The notes beneath the pieces are model-generated. The model was not told the origin of the DNA and made no database searches. It saw only the letters and a program-made list of their open reading frames with translations. Made by a program: the position numbers and the translations under genes. Below, one piece after another: positions 8,255-18,122 of a stretch of DNA of 64,000 nt. The stretch lies in the IMG/VR virus record IMGVR_UViG_3300032313_000664, positions 25,839 to 89,838 of that record. One strand, written 5' to 3'. How positions within the stretch are numbered: position 1 is the stretch's first letter; each line of letters starts with the position of its first letter. This DNA is from a virus.

Positions 8255-9189
8255 TGGCAACATATGGAACAATTAATCAAATATACGTACCAGGACTAGA
8301 TACTCAAATTTTAGCATCAACAACAGCTCTTTCAACATCTATTGCTATTCCATTAATTGCAGCAAACCTTTCAGGTTTTTATAATGCGTATGAAGTTAGT
8401 ATTTTAAGCGGTGGGTCATGGACACGTCCAGCAAACAGCGCACCACAAATTAACGTAACGCTTGTTGGCGGAGGCGGAGGCGGTGGATGCACCAACTATA
8501 GCGCAAACCACGGCGGTGGTGGAGCAGGACAACTATTAAGAAGAACTCTTGATATTTCATCAGTTCCAATAGGATCAGGAATTTCAATCGGTATTGCTAA
8601 TGGCGGAACATGTAATGCACAAGGAGGAAACTCAACATTTGGAACTTCAGGACAGCCATTCTATATGATTGCATACGGTGGAGGTTCAACACAGGGTAAT
8701 GGACAATCAGGTTCAAATGGACCAGGGGCTAACAATAGAACTGGAATCGGATCTGGCGGTGGCGGACAAGGAGAATGGATTAACTCATGGGGCGCTGGCG
8801 GTGGCGGTGGTGGAGCAGGCGGAGCAGGCATGCAAGGCAACGTTCACTTTACAAGCTCTGGAGGATACTCTGGATACTTTGGAGGATCAAGAAACTCATC
8901 AGAAGGTTCATCAGGCGGAGGACCAGGTTCTTCCAATGGAAATGACTCTGGTAACAGAAGCCAAGGAGGACAGGGCGGTAATGGTCTATACGGACTAGCA
9001 GGTGGCGGAGGAGGCGCAGCAAGAGGCGTTGGTGGCGGAGGATCTTGTGGCGGAGGTCAAGGACACGGAGACCACATTGGAACTCCAAGAGCAGACGCTA
9101 TGCCAAACTCAGGATCTGGCGGTGGCGGTGGTGGAGCAAACACTGGTGGTTCAGGAATCTGCAAGATTATCTATTGGGTAAAAGCTTAA
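8254..9189 (+). CDS. Glycine-rich virion protein (paralog 2)
   Basis: Shares IYxPGL, WTRPANS, LDISSVPIGS, GQPFYxIAYGGG, GGGSCGGG and a [YW]VKA C-terminus with 6730..7725. Confidence 0.75.
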   Translation: MATYGTINQIYVPGLDTQILASTTALSTSIAIPLIAANLSGFYNAYEVSILSGGSWTRPANSAPQINVTLVGGGGGGGCTNYSANHGGGGAGQLLRRTLDISSVPIGSGISIGIANGGTCNAQGGNSTFGTSGQPFYMIAYGGGSTQGNGQSGSNGPGANNRTGIGSGGGGQGEWINSWGAGGGGGGAGGAGMQGNVHFTSSGGYSGYFGGSRNSSEGSSGGGPGSSNGNDSGNRSQGGQGGNGLYGLAGGGGGAARGVGGGGSCGGGQGHGDHIGTPRADAMPNSGSGGGGGGANTGGSGICKIIYWVKA

Positions 9190-9216
9190 TAATTAAAGAA
9201 ATAAAAGGAGAATAAA

Positions 9217-9654
9217 ATGCCAGTATCAATGACCCCACAAGCTGTTACACCATCTTTGTGGACATACACATACCTTCAGGCCCCAATTAATGGCCAAGGG
9301 TTTACATACTTTAACATTCCAGTTGAATTTTCTGATAAAGGAACAATCAATGCTGGAGGAACAGCATCATGCGATTTAGCTGCAGCTGGTGTATTTAAGA
9401 TGATTGCAAACGGTAACATGACAGTAGCTTTCACAAACTATCCAGGAACAGCAAAGGCTGCTTTTTGGCAAGTTGAGATTAAAGCTGGCGGATCATATAC
9501 AATTACATGGCCAGGAGTTGTTAAGTGGGATGGTGGCGGAGCTGCAAACGTAGCACCACTCCTATCAACAAATACAACACTCTTGAACTTCTACACAAAA
9601 GACGGTGGAACAACTGTCTACGGCGGATACGCATTCGCTGATTTATACGTATAA
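9217..9654 (+). CDS. Virion/tail-fibre-associated protein
   Basis: GGSYTITWP..VKW..P.LS..FYTKDGGTT.YG motif; paralog of 66..443. Confidence 0.65.
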   Translation: MPVSMTPQAVTPSLWTYTYLQAPINGQGFTYFNIPVEFSDKGTINAGGTASCDLAAAGVFKMIANGNMTVAFTNYPGTAKAAFWQVEIKAGGSYTITWPGVVKWDGGGAANVAPLLSTNTTLLNFYTKDGGTTVYGGYAFADLYV

Positions 9655-9672
9655 TAATTAAAAGGGGGATCC

Positions 9673-10116
9673 ATGTACGCAATAGTTACAAATAATGAAG
9701 TTACAAATATTGGTGAAATAACAGTATTGTTTCCAAATACTTCATTCCCATCTAATGGCGACTACGGAGACTTCCTAGAAGAAAATAACGTATACCCAGT
9801 TATAACTGATTTGGAGTATGATTCCAACACTGAAAGATTAGTTCCATGCACACCATATGTTAGAGCTGGTAAGGTTTATAATGTAGAAGTACAGCCAATC
9901 TCTGAAGAAGATCAAAAAGATATTTTGCTGGCGCATATCGATTTTGAATTAATTTCTACAGAAGGTCTTGAAACCAAATCAGATTTGTCTGCTAAAGACA
10001 AGCAGGCTTGGGTTAAGTACAGAGAAAAGCTAAACTTATTAAAAGAATATTCAAATGTATCAGAGATTACTTGGCCAGAAAAGCCTGTAGTCTATGGTGG
10101 AACAGAGGAAAACTAA
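9673..10116 (+). CDS. Tail fibre assembly chaperone-like protein
   Basis: MYA..FP..FP N-terminus and AWVKYREKL..ITWPEKP C-terminus; paralog of 443..943. Confidence 0.7.
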   Translation: MYAIVTNNEVTNIGEITVLFPNTSFPSNGDYGDFLEENNVYPVITDLEYDSNTERLVPCTPYVRAGKVYNVEVQPISEEDQKDILLAHIDFELISTEGLETKSDLSAKDKQAWVKYREKLNLLKEYSNVSEITWPEKPVVYGGTEEN

Positions 10117-10833
10117 TTGCTACCTAATCAGCGTTCAAATTTTCGTAGAGCTAGATTTACAACAACAGGTCTACGTCTACATCTAGACGCAGCATTGCCT
10201 GGTACAGTAATTAGAGACGGATCTGATTTTGTTTCCGCTTGGAACGACAAGTCTGGTGCAGGTCGGCACATGGTTCAAGCAACACAGGCAAATAAGCCAC
10301 AATTTCTTGCTACTGGTCTAGGTGGACTAGGAGCCCTTCAGTTTGACGGAACAGATGACTTTATGACATTCTCAGATCAAACACTAGCATATATCGCTGG
10401 AAGATCTTTTACAGTTTTTTATGTGGCTTCAAAACCAGCAAATACTAATACCTGGATTTTTGGCGGAACTAATACTGGAACAAGAACAAATTTTTTTGCA
10501 GGTAACTTAACAGCAAATACACATAGATCAGGATTTTATAATGACGACCAAGGTTCTATAGTTACAGCCGCAGCATCGGGAACAACAGAGATTTACACAA
10601 TTGTTTATGATTCATCAAATAACCAAAGAACTATAAGAAGAAATAGAGTAGAAGTTTCACGTGCCGTAACAGGCGGATCAGTAGCTTCAATGACGGGACA
10701 AGCAATTGGCAGATATGTTTCATCCTATGGAAACTTTAAAATTGGAGAATTCTTAATTTACGATAGAGCTTTGCAGTTCTCAGAACAAGAAACTGTTGAA
10801 AAAGATCTAATATCTAAGTGGTCTATAGTCTAA
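10117..10833 (+). CDS. LamG/concanavalin-like lectin-fold protein
   Basis: LHLDA..W.DKSG.G..FDGTDD..IGEFLIYDRAL; TTG start. Confidence 0.7.
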   Translation: MLPNQRSNFRRARFTTTGLRLHLDAALPGTVIRDGSDFVSAWNDKSGAGRHMVQATQANKPQFLATGLGGLGALQFDGTDDFMTFSDQTLAYIAGRSFTVFYVASKPANTNTWIFGGTNTGTRTNFFAGNLTANTHRSGFYNDDQGSIVTAAASGTTEIYTIVYDSSNNQRTIRRNRVEVSRAVTGGSVASMTGQAIGRYVSSYGNFKIGEFLIYDRALQFSEQETVEKDLISKWSIV

Positions 10834-10848
10834 GGGAGGAAGTAAAGT

Positions 10849-13248
10849 ATGTCATATGCTCCAATTAGATTTGCAGGACCTTCATTAATTCCAGCATCTC
10901 CAGCCAAAATATACACGGCTGTATCTACAATAATTATTAAAGAATTTACTGTAACAAACTTCAGTGGTTCAACATTGCCATTTAGCATATTTTTGCTTGG
11001 AGAAAATGGCGATCAGGTTATTAACCTATACGGAGTAAATAGATCAAGCCTAGACCCATATACACTTTATGGAAATGTTAACGTAGCAAATAACACAACT
11101 CTTAAGCTAGAGCACTCATTAATTTTAAATGCTGGAGAATCAATTGCAGCAGTTACAACAACACCAAATTGCTACTCATTAACAATATCTGGAGTAGATC
11201 TTTCAGGAACACTCTCTGGCGGAGGATCAACAGGCGGAACCACAGGAGCTTCAGGGGCAGGGTATTCTGATGTAACATCAATAACAACAAACCCAGTAAC
11301 TACAGGCTCAAAAGTATTTTATGTAAACAATAGCGGTGCCTATACAGCGGGACAACGTGTTCGTGTAATTAATCCACTTGCACTAACAACATACGTTGAA
11401 GGAACTATTACGCAAGTTGTAAAGAATGTCAGCATTACAGTAGCTGTTGATGCAACAAATGGAACAGGAACATACTCTGAATGGGTATTTGCCGTTACTG
11501 GAAATCCAGGAACGTCTGGAACTTCAGGATCAAATGGTGCAACAGGTGCTACGGGTGCTACGGGAGTAGGTGCCACAGGCGCAACAGGAGCAACTGGCCC
11601 AACTGGAGCCAATGGAACATCTTTGACTTCGCAGGGAACAGTTCCAAATGTTGCTTCGCTACCAACAACAAATGTATTTGTAGGTGCAACATATTTAGTG
11701 ACAGATACTCAAGAAATGTATGTTTGGAATGGAACAGCGTTTTCAAATGCTGGTGTTTATAGGGGGCCTATCGGAGCAACTGGACCAGTAGGTGCCACAG
11801 GCGCAACAGGAGCAACTGGTCCAACTGGCGCAGCTGGAAGATCTATTAATATTAAAGGAACAAAAGCAAATATTGCTGCACTACCATCTTCAGGAAATAC
11901 GTCTGGAGATTCATGGATTGTATTAACTGATTTACATCTTTATGTTTGGGACGGAGCAACTTGGCTAGATGCTGGGCAGTTCCAAGGCCCAACAGGTGCA
12001 ACTGGACCAGCAACTATTTCAGTAGGTACAGTTTCTACAACTGGCCCAGCTGGGACACCTTCAGTAACAAATTCAGGAACATCATCGGTTGCAGTATTTG
12101 ATTTTATTTTACAGCAAGGCCCAACTGGAATTACTGGTCCAACTGGAACTTCTGGCTCTGTTCAAATAGGAACAGTTGGATCCACTGGACCAACTGGAAA
12201 TGCGTCTGTAACAAATTCAGGAACAGTAAATGCTGCAACGTTAGATTTTGTTTTAAAGCAGGGCCCAACAGGGCCTACAGGCCCAGCGGGACCTACAACA
12301 ATAACTATAGGTACAGTATCTGCAACTGGCCCAACAGGAGTTCCTACAATAACAAATGTTGGAACAACAACTGATTTAATTTTAAATTTTGCATTACAAC
12401 AAGGACCAGCAGGACTAACAGGTGCTACTGGCCCAACGGGTGCAGCAAGCACTGTAGTTGGACCAACAGGACCAACAGGTTCAACTGGCCCAACAGGAGC
12501 TAACGGACAAGCTGGAGCCGATGGAAGCTCAGTTAGAATTTTAGGATCATATCCAACCGAAGCAGCGCTAAACGCTGCTAAACCATCAGGAAACATTTTA
12601 GGAGATGGTTATCTAGTTGCTGGAAATCTATTTGTATGGACTGGAACAGTTTGGACAGATGCTGGAAACATTCAGGGTCCAACAGGACCAACAGGTGTAG
12701 CGGGCCCAACAGGTGCAACAGGTGCAACGGGTGCAGTAGGTCCAACAGGAGCTAACGGATCTAGCATTCAAGGCCCAACAGGTGCAACAGGTGCAACAGG
12801 TTCTACAGGCGCAACAGGCGCAACAGGTGCTACAGGAGTAGGATCCCCAGGTGCAGCAGGACCAACAGGACCAACAGGAGCAGACGGACCTGCAGGAGGA
12901 CCAACAGGACCAACGGGACCAGCAGGTATAAGTATCACTGCTAATTATATTGTCACAAGTCCAGCAGGCGGCAGTTATAGTATAGACGGAGCTTCAGGAA
13001 ATCCAACATTGACTTTATTAAGAGGACATACATATGTCTTTACGGTAAACGCCCAAGGACACCCATTCTGGTTTCAAACAACTAGCGGTGCATACAACTC
13101 AGCAAATACTTTTGCTACTGGTGTAACAAACGGGGGAGACGATGTAGGAGGAATTACATTTACTGTTCCACTTAGTGCGCCAAACAATTTGTATTACATT
13201 TGCCAATTCCATGCAAGTATGAACGGAATCATTAACATAATCGGTTAA
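10849..13248 (+). CDS. Collagen-like fibre protein with C-terminal cupredoxin-like domain
   Basis: Long G-A-T/G-P-T triplet blocks with YVWNG/YVWDG/FVWTG interruptions; C-terminal GHPFWF...YYICQFHASM. Confidence 0.8.
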   Translation: MSYAPIRFAGPSLIPASPAKIYTAVSTIIIKEFTVTNFSGSTLPFSIFLLGENGDQVINLYGVNRSSLDPYTLYGNVNVANNTTLKLEHSLILNAGESIAAVTTTPNCYSLTISGVDLSGTLSGGGSTGGTTGASGAGYSDVTSITTNPVTTGSKVFYVNNSGAYTAGQRVRVINPLALTTYVEGTITQVVKNVSITVAVDATNGTGTYSEWVFAVTGNPGTSGTSGSNGATGATGATGVGATGATGATGPTGANGTSLTSQGTVPNVASLPTTNVFVGATYLVTDTQEMYVWNGTAFSNAGVYRGPIGATGPVGATGATGATGPTGAAGRSINIKGTKANIAALPSSGNTSGDSWIVLTDLHLYVWDGATWLDAGQFQGPTGATGPATISVGTVSTTGPAGTPSVTNSGTSSVAVFDFILQQGPTGITGPTGTSGSVQIGTVGSTGPTGNASVTNSGTVNAATLDFVLKQGPTGPTGPAGPTTITIGTVSATGPTGVPTITNVGTTTDLILNFALQQGPAGLTGATGPTGAASTVVGPTGPTGSTGPTGANGQAGADGSSVRILGSYPTEAALNAAKPSGNILGDGYLVAGNLFVWTGTVWTDAGNIQGPTGPTGVAGPTGATGATGAVGPTGANGSSIQGPTGATGATGSTGATGATGATGVGSPGAAGPTGPTGADGPAGGPTGPTGPAGISITANYIVTSPAGGSYSIDGASGNPTLTLLRGHTYVFTVNAQGHPFWFQTTSGAYNSANTFATGVTNGGDDVGGITFTVPLSAPNNLYYICQFHASMNGIINIIG

Positions 13249-13274
13249 TGTTTATAGCTAAAGCAAGGAAATAA

Positions 13275-14336
13275 ATGAAAATAGCAGTATATACAATTGC
13301 TTTGAATGAAGAGCAATTTGTTAAGCGTTGGTACGAGTCTGCACAAGATGCAGATTATTTGTTGATTGCAGATACAGGGTCAACTGATAAAACAAAAGAA
13401 ATAGCATTAAATCTAGGCATAGAAGTTTATTCTATATCCGTGGCCCCCTGGCGATTTGATGATGCTAGAAATGCAGCTCTTGCACTAATACCGTCTGATA
13501 TAGATTACTGCATATCTTTAGACATGGATGAGGTGTTGTCAGAAGGATGGAGAGAAGAATTAGAAAAACTTCCTTCTTCGGTAACAAGGCCAATACATAG
13601 ACTAGTTACTTCATTTGATGAAGATGGGAAACCAGGTGTAGAATTTGATGCACTAAGAATTCATTCAAGACATGGTCATAGATGGAAATACCCAATACAT
13701 GAATCTGTTGCATTTTACGGAATAGATGAAGTAAGACAAAATGTTGATATTAAGATATACCACTACCCAGATAATAATAAATCAAGAGGGCAATATCTTC
13801 CGTTGTTAGCAATGGCGGCACAAGAAGATCCTACAAGCGACAGGTGTGCACATTATTATGCAAGAGAGCTTTTCTATTATGCCAGATATGAAGAAGCAGC
13901 AATTGAGTTTAAAAGGCATCTAGAATTACCTTCGGCTTTCTGGAAGCCAGAGAGATGTGAGTCTATGAGGTATATTGCAAGGTGTGAGCCAAACAACAAA
14001 GAGTACTGGCTCAGGCTGGCTATTGCAGAATGCCCAGAAAGAAGAGAGCCTTTTGTAGATCTTGCTCAATATTTTTATGAGCTTCAAGAATGGGATAGAG
14101 TAAAAGAATATTCAGAGCTTGCCTTAAATATAAAAGAAAAATTTCTAGGATATTTCTGCGAAGCAGATGCCTGGGGATGGAAGCCACACGACCTATTAGC
14201 GCTGGCTAACTTTAATTTAGGACTAGACGAAGAGGCACTACTTCATGGTAAAATTGCATTAGATCTTAATAATGATGACAGGCTAAAAAAGAATGTAGAG
14301 TTCTATCAGCTAGCTCTGTCAAATACTGGAGAATAA
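13275..14336 (+). CDS. GT2 glycosyltransferase with TPR repeats
   Basis: IALNEE, DTGSTD, FDDARN, LDMDE (DxD), IHE, then helical TPR-like repeats. Confidence 0.85.
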   Translation: MKIAVYTIALNEEQFVKRWYESAQDADYLLIADTGSTDKTKEIALNLGIEVYSISVAPWRFDDARNAALALIPSDIDYCISLDMDEVLSEGWREELEKLPSSVTRPIHRLVTSFDEDGKPGVEFDALRIHSRHGHRWKYPIHESVAFYGIDEVRQNVDIKIYHYPDNNKSRGQYLPLLAMAAQEDPTSDRCAHYYARELFYYARYEEAAIEFKRHLELPSAFWKPERCESMRYIARCEPNNKEYWLRLAIAECPERREPFVDLAQYFYELQEWDRVKEYSELALNIKEKFLGYFCEADAWGWKPHDLLALANFNLGLDEEALLHGKIALDLNNDDRLKKNVEFYQLALSNTGE

Positions 14337-16096
14337 TGTCATACAGATTAAAGGTAATAAAAGATAGCCCAATCGGGTTTTGGATGCTTGACGAATCTTC
14401 GAGTAGCTCAGTAGCCATGGACTATTCAGGCTGCAATAACAATGGTGCTTATACTGGATCTCCTGCTACAAATATTTTGCCACTTGTTCCAGGCGGGGGA
14501 TCAGGAACAAAGATTACAAACCTATCCTATATAACTTTCCCTATAACAAATAACTATTACACAACAACCTCCACTCCAGGAATGGCAACAAAGTATTCCT
14601 CAGATAACGACTTTACAGTAGAGTGCTGGATTAATCAATCAATTGAGTCTACTTCAAAAACAACATTATTTGCAGACGATACCAGCAAGATCGGTCTCTA
14701 CTGGGATAGAGGAGATATTGTATTTAGGGTTTCTCAGGATGATGAAATAAGATACCCAGTAACGTATTCAAAAAGATCAATGCACATAGTTGGAGTGTAT
14801 TCAATTTCTTCAATTTCCTTATATGTTGACGCAAGGCTCGTGGCAACAAAATCTTTATCCCCTGACTTTAAATTTACAAATACATTAATTGCATTTACAG
14901 CGGGGCCAACATCGAATGTATCAGACTCATTTATAATTGATGCTCCAGCAATATACAGATATTCTATTTCTCCACAATCAATACTAAGCCATTTCAATGC
15001 AGGAAGCGTTTCATCTTCTGCAATACAAATTGTTGCTCCAGATCAAGGTATATTGTTTTCAGGCACAGACGCATCTATTAGAGCTCAATTCCAATACTCA
15101 TATCCTATCAATAGAAGATGGACGGAATTCCTAGACGAAAATACATACTATGATGAAGCGGCAGGATATATTTCATTTTATAAGACCGATACCCCTGTAG
15201 CTAAAACATTTATCATAGAAGACTTCTTTATGGTTCCAAGCGGGATCCCGTATGTAACCTCAAAGGTTGAGTGGAGAAATGATTTAAATATATCTGTTGA
15301 GTCAAGCGTAGATGGATTGGCATGGCAAAATTGTACAAATGGAATGCCATTACCTCAATATACAAAAGATGGATTTAGCACAACAGGTCTAGTCTATTTA
15401 AAGATAACCATGACAACTTCAGATGCTAGTAAATATCTTCCAAGACTTGCATATTTTGCAGTAAGCTTTTATACAAATAAAGATGTATATGCAGATAACT
15501 TTGGATACAAGATATCATCTCCAGCTGAATACTATATTGGATCATTAAATTACCCAGTTCTTTCAAGACATTATGATAATGGAATAAGAACAAAGGCAGG
15601 GTCTGGATTTAACCTGTCCGCCTCCTCACCTGTTAACTCTACAGAAATGCTCTTCACGCCCTCTACAAGCGCCGCTAACACCCTAATCTATTTACCTGCG
15701 GCTGAAGGTGTGCCAGAAACAAAGTATGCCTGGAACGGCTCTGGGACGGTCTCAAAGGCAAACATCCTATCAATATTTATAAACGGAGTTGACAGAACAT
15801 CGGCAACGAACATAAGCTCGTTTTTAGTAGAAGAAGAACTTCATCATATAGTAATTAACTTTACTGCACCAATTTTAGGTGATATACAGTTTAACTATTT
15901 AGTATCTGGCGGGCCAACATCCCTATATAATAATATTGCCGTATACCCAAATAGCTTTACTCAGCAACTTGTAAACACCCACTACGGTTTATATATAGGA
16001 AAGGCTTCTGTATCTGTTTCAGATCCGTCCATATCTGTGACAGAAAAACCATTCAGGGCATACAATAACGACTGGATTGTGTTACAAAGTATATAA
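14336..16096 (+). CDS. LamG-domain virion protein
   Basis: PIGFWMLDE..DYSG..FTVECW..HIVGVY..LYVD..IDAPAIY. Confidence 0.7.
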   Translation: MSYRLKVIKDSPIGFWMLDESSSSSVAMDYSGCNNNGAYTGSPATNILPLVPGGGSGTKITNLSYITFPITNNYYTTTSTPGMATKYSSDNDFTVECWINQSIESTSKTTLFADDTSKIGLYWDRGDIVFRVSQDDEIRYPVTYSKRSMHIVGVYSISSISLYVDARLVATKSLSPDFKFTNTLIAFTAGPTSNVSDSFIIDAPAIYRYSISPQSILSHFNAGSVSSSAIQIVAPDQGILFSGTDASIRAQFQYSYPINRRWTEFLDENTYYDEAAGYISFYKTDTPVAKTFIIEDFFMVPSGIPYVTSKVEWRNDLNISVESSVDGLAWQNCTNGMPLPQYTKDGFSTTGLVYLKITMTTSDASKYLPRLAYFAVSFYTNKDVYADNFGYKISSPAEYYIGSLNYPVLSRHYDNGIRTKAGSGFNLSASSPVNSTEMLFTPSTSAANTLIYLPAAEGVPETKYAWNGSGTVSKANILSIFINGVDRTSATNISSFLVEEELHHIVINFTAPILGDIQFNYLVSGGPTSLYNNIAVYPNSFTQQLVNTHYGLYIGKASVSVSDPSISVTEKPFRAYNNDWIVLQSI

Positions 16097-16122
16097 TTCT
16101 GTCACAACAGTTGACAAAAAGC

Positions 16123-16151
16123 TGGACTTGAGTAGACAATAATGGTAAAAT
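16123..16151 (+). promoter_or_regulatory. Promoter of head operon (likely leaderless transcript)
   Basis: TGGACT-17 nt-TAAAAT with extended TG; -10 ends 8 nt before ATG 16160; no SD. Confidence 0.55.
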
Positions 16152-16159
16152 AAAGTCCT

Positions 16160-16501
16160 ATGGATATCAATAATACTAAATACAAGGTTCTTGATGAAGA
16201 GAGCACCCTAGGCATATATGTCTGGGAGATGCCTGACGGCAGATGGATTGGAGACGACGATGGGAATTTTCTTTCAGTCACGTCAAAAAAAGGCAATAGA
16301 TCCAGAATCGATGCTTTGGCTAGAGAAGTTCGCACATTCGGTATATATGAAGGCGGGCCTAAATTTCTTTCTGCAAGAAGAAAAATTGATGACGAAGAAT
16401 TTGAATACCAAAAACAAAGACTTAACTGGGGATTAATTCCAGACCCTATGGATATTGGTAACTATAAAGATGAAATGAAAAAGATGGGTGGCATGAAATG
16501 A
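16160..16501 (+). CDS. Hypothetical protein upstream of portal
   Basis: 113 aa, GIYVWEMPDG..DDDGNFL; ATGA overlap with the portal gene. Confidence 0.75.
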   Translation: MDINNTKYKVLDEESTLGIYVWEMPDGRWIGDDDGNFLSVTSKKGNRSRIDALAREVRTFGIYEGGPKFLSARRKIDDEEFEYQKQRLNWGLIPDPMDIGNYKDEMKKMGGMK

Positions 16502-18069
16502 TTGAGGTTCAAGAAGAAGACGGAAATACAATTGATATATCTAACACAGCCGACTGGTTTTCTTTTAAAAAAGAGCAGCCAACAAGTGACCCATTTGCAA
16601 TAAGCGGAGATGACCTAAAAAAAGTAAGAGGCTTAGGAACAGCATTTAAAAGAAAAATTAACCGAGAGTTTTCAAAAGCTTTTACAGGAATTGAAGGCGT
16701 AGGCACACAACAAAATCTTCTTGCACAGGCTATTAGTGGCTATGCAATGTTTGACCTTATTGAGCCACCATACAACCAAGAATATCTATCGAAAATTTAT
16801 GAAGTGTCAACATATAACTATGCAGCAATTAATGCAAAGGTTGCAAACATTGTTGGGCTAGGATACGATTTTGTTGAAACAAAAAAGACAAATGATGCAT
16901 TTGATTCAATAACAGATGAGAAGCAATTAGAAAGAGCCCGCAAAAAGCTTAACAGGTTGCGCCAAGACCTACACGAATGGTTGGATACAACAAATGAAGA
17001 AGATACCTTTACTCAAACATTAATTAAGGTGTACACAGATTTAGAGGCAACAGGAAATGGCTATATTGAAATAGGCAGAACTACAGGCGGAAACATCGGA
17101 TACATTGGGCATATTCCTGCAAAGACAATGCGTGTACGTAGACTAAGAGATGGCTTTGTTCAATTGCTTTACGGCAAGGCAGTCTTCTTTAATAATTTCG
17201 GAGACACAGAAACAGAGAATCCAATTGCTGGACAAGAAGATCGACCAAATGAAATTATACATTTAAAGAAGTACACACCAATGAACAACTACTACGGCAT
17301 ACCAGATATTGTGGCTGCTCAGGTTGCTCTAACTGGCAATGAATTTTCTGGAAGATATAACCTAGATTACTTTGAAAATAAGGCGGTCCCAAGATATATT
17401 ATTACAGTAAAGGGAGCAAAGCTTTCACCAGAGTCAGAAAGAAAGCTGCTTGAATTTTTCCAGGTGGGGTTAAAGGGCAAAAACCATAGATCTCTATATG
17501 TCCCACTTCCATCAGATACCCCTGACTCAAAAGTTGAATTTAAGATGGAGCCAATTGAAGCTGGAAACCAAGAAGGCTCATTTGAGAAATATCGTAAATC
17601 AAATAGAGATGAAATTTTGCTAGCCCACCGTGTTCCAATTAATAAAATAGGAACACCAGAGGGAGTTAATTTGGCTGTTGCTCGTGACGCAGATAAGACA
17701 TTTAAAGAGCAAGTCTGTAGACCCGCCCAGATGATTCTGGAAAAGAAAATTAATAATATATTCGGCGAGAAGACAGACGCATTGCTTTTAAAGTTTAATG
17801 AATTAACATTGACTGACGAAGATACCCAGTCTAAAATTGACGAAAGATATTTAAGAATGCAGGTCATTACCCCTAATGAAGTTAGAATTAGAAAAGGCAT
17901 GATTCCAATTGATGGCGGAGATAAGGTCGTAGACCTTCAAGCCCAAGCAGCAGAAATTAGAGCCCAAGCTGGGAACACCAGACAAAGGTCTCAAGATCGC
18001 CAAGCAAATTCCCCAGATGTTTCTGGAGAAGGAAGAAATGCTAAAGGCGACGGCAGACAAGTTGACTAA
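16498..18069 (+). CDS. Portal protein
   Basis: DLEATGNGYIE, EIIHLK..NNYYGIPD, YFENKAVP, ITPNEVR; position before protease and capsid. Confidence 0.9.
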   Translation: MIEVQEEDGNTIDISNTADWFSFKKEQPTSDPFAISGDDLKKVRGLGTAFKRKINREFSKAFTGIEGVGTQQNLLAQAISGYAMFDLIEPPYNQEYLSKIYEVSTYNYAAINAKVANIVGLGYDFVETKKTNDAFDSITDEKQLERARKKLNRLRQDLHEWLDTTNEEDTFTQTLIKVYTDLEATGNGYIEIGRTTGGNIGYIGHIPAKTMRVRRLRDGFVQLLYGKAVFFNNFGDTETENPIAGQEDRPNEIIHLKKYTPMNNYYGIPDIVAAQVALTGNEFSGRYNLDYFENKAVPRYIITVKGAKLSPESERKLLEFFQVGLKGKNHRSLYVPLPSDTPDSKVEFKMEPIEAGNQEGSFEKYRKSNRDEILLAHRVPINKIGTPEGVNLAVARDADKTFKEQVCRPAQMILEKKINNIFGEKTDALLLKFNELTLTDEDTQSKIDERYLRMQVITPNEVRIRKGMIPIDGGDKVVDLQAQAAEIRAQAGNTRQRSQDRQANSPDVSGEGRNAKGDGRQVD

Positions 18070-18086
18070 CCCCACTCAACTGTTAT

Positions 18087-18115
18087 TTGCCTTTTTATCT
18101 ATAAGTCGCTAAAAT
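18087..18115 (+). promoter_or_regulatory. Promoter (likely leaderless) for prohead protease
   Basis: TTGCCT-17-TAAAAT ending 7 nt before ATG 18123; no SD. Confidence 0.55.
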
Positions 18116-18122
18116 TAAGCAT

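Noticed and set aside
11530-12930. Nucleotide repeats such as GGTGCAACA and GGACCAACA as a regulatory array
   Set aside because: Explained by collagen G-x-T codons with variable wobble positions
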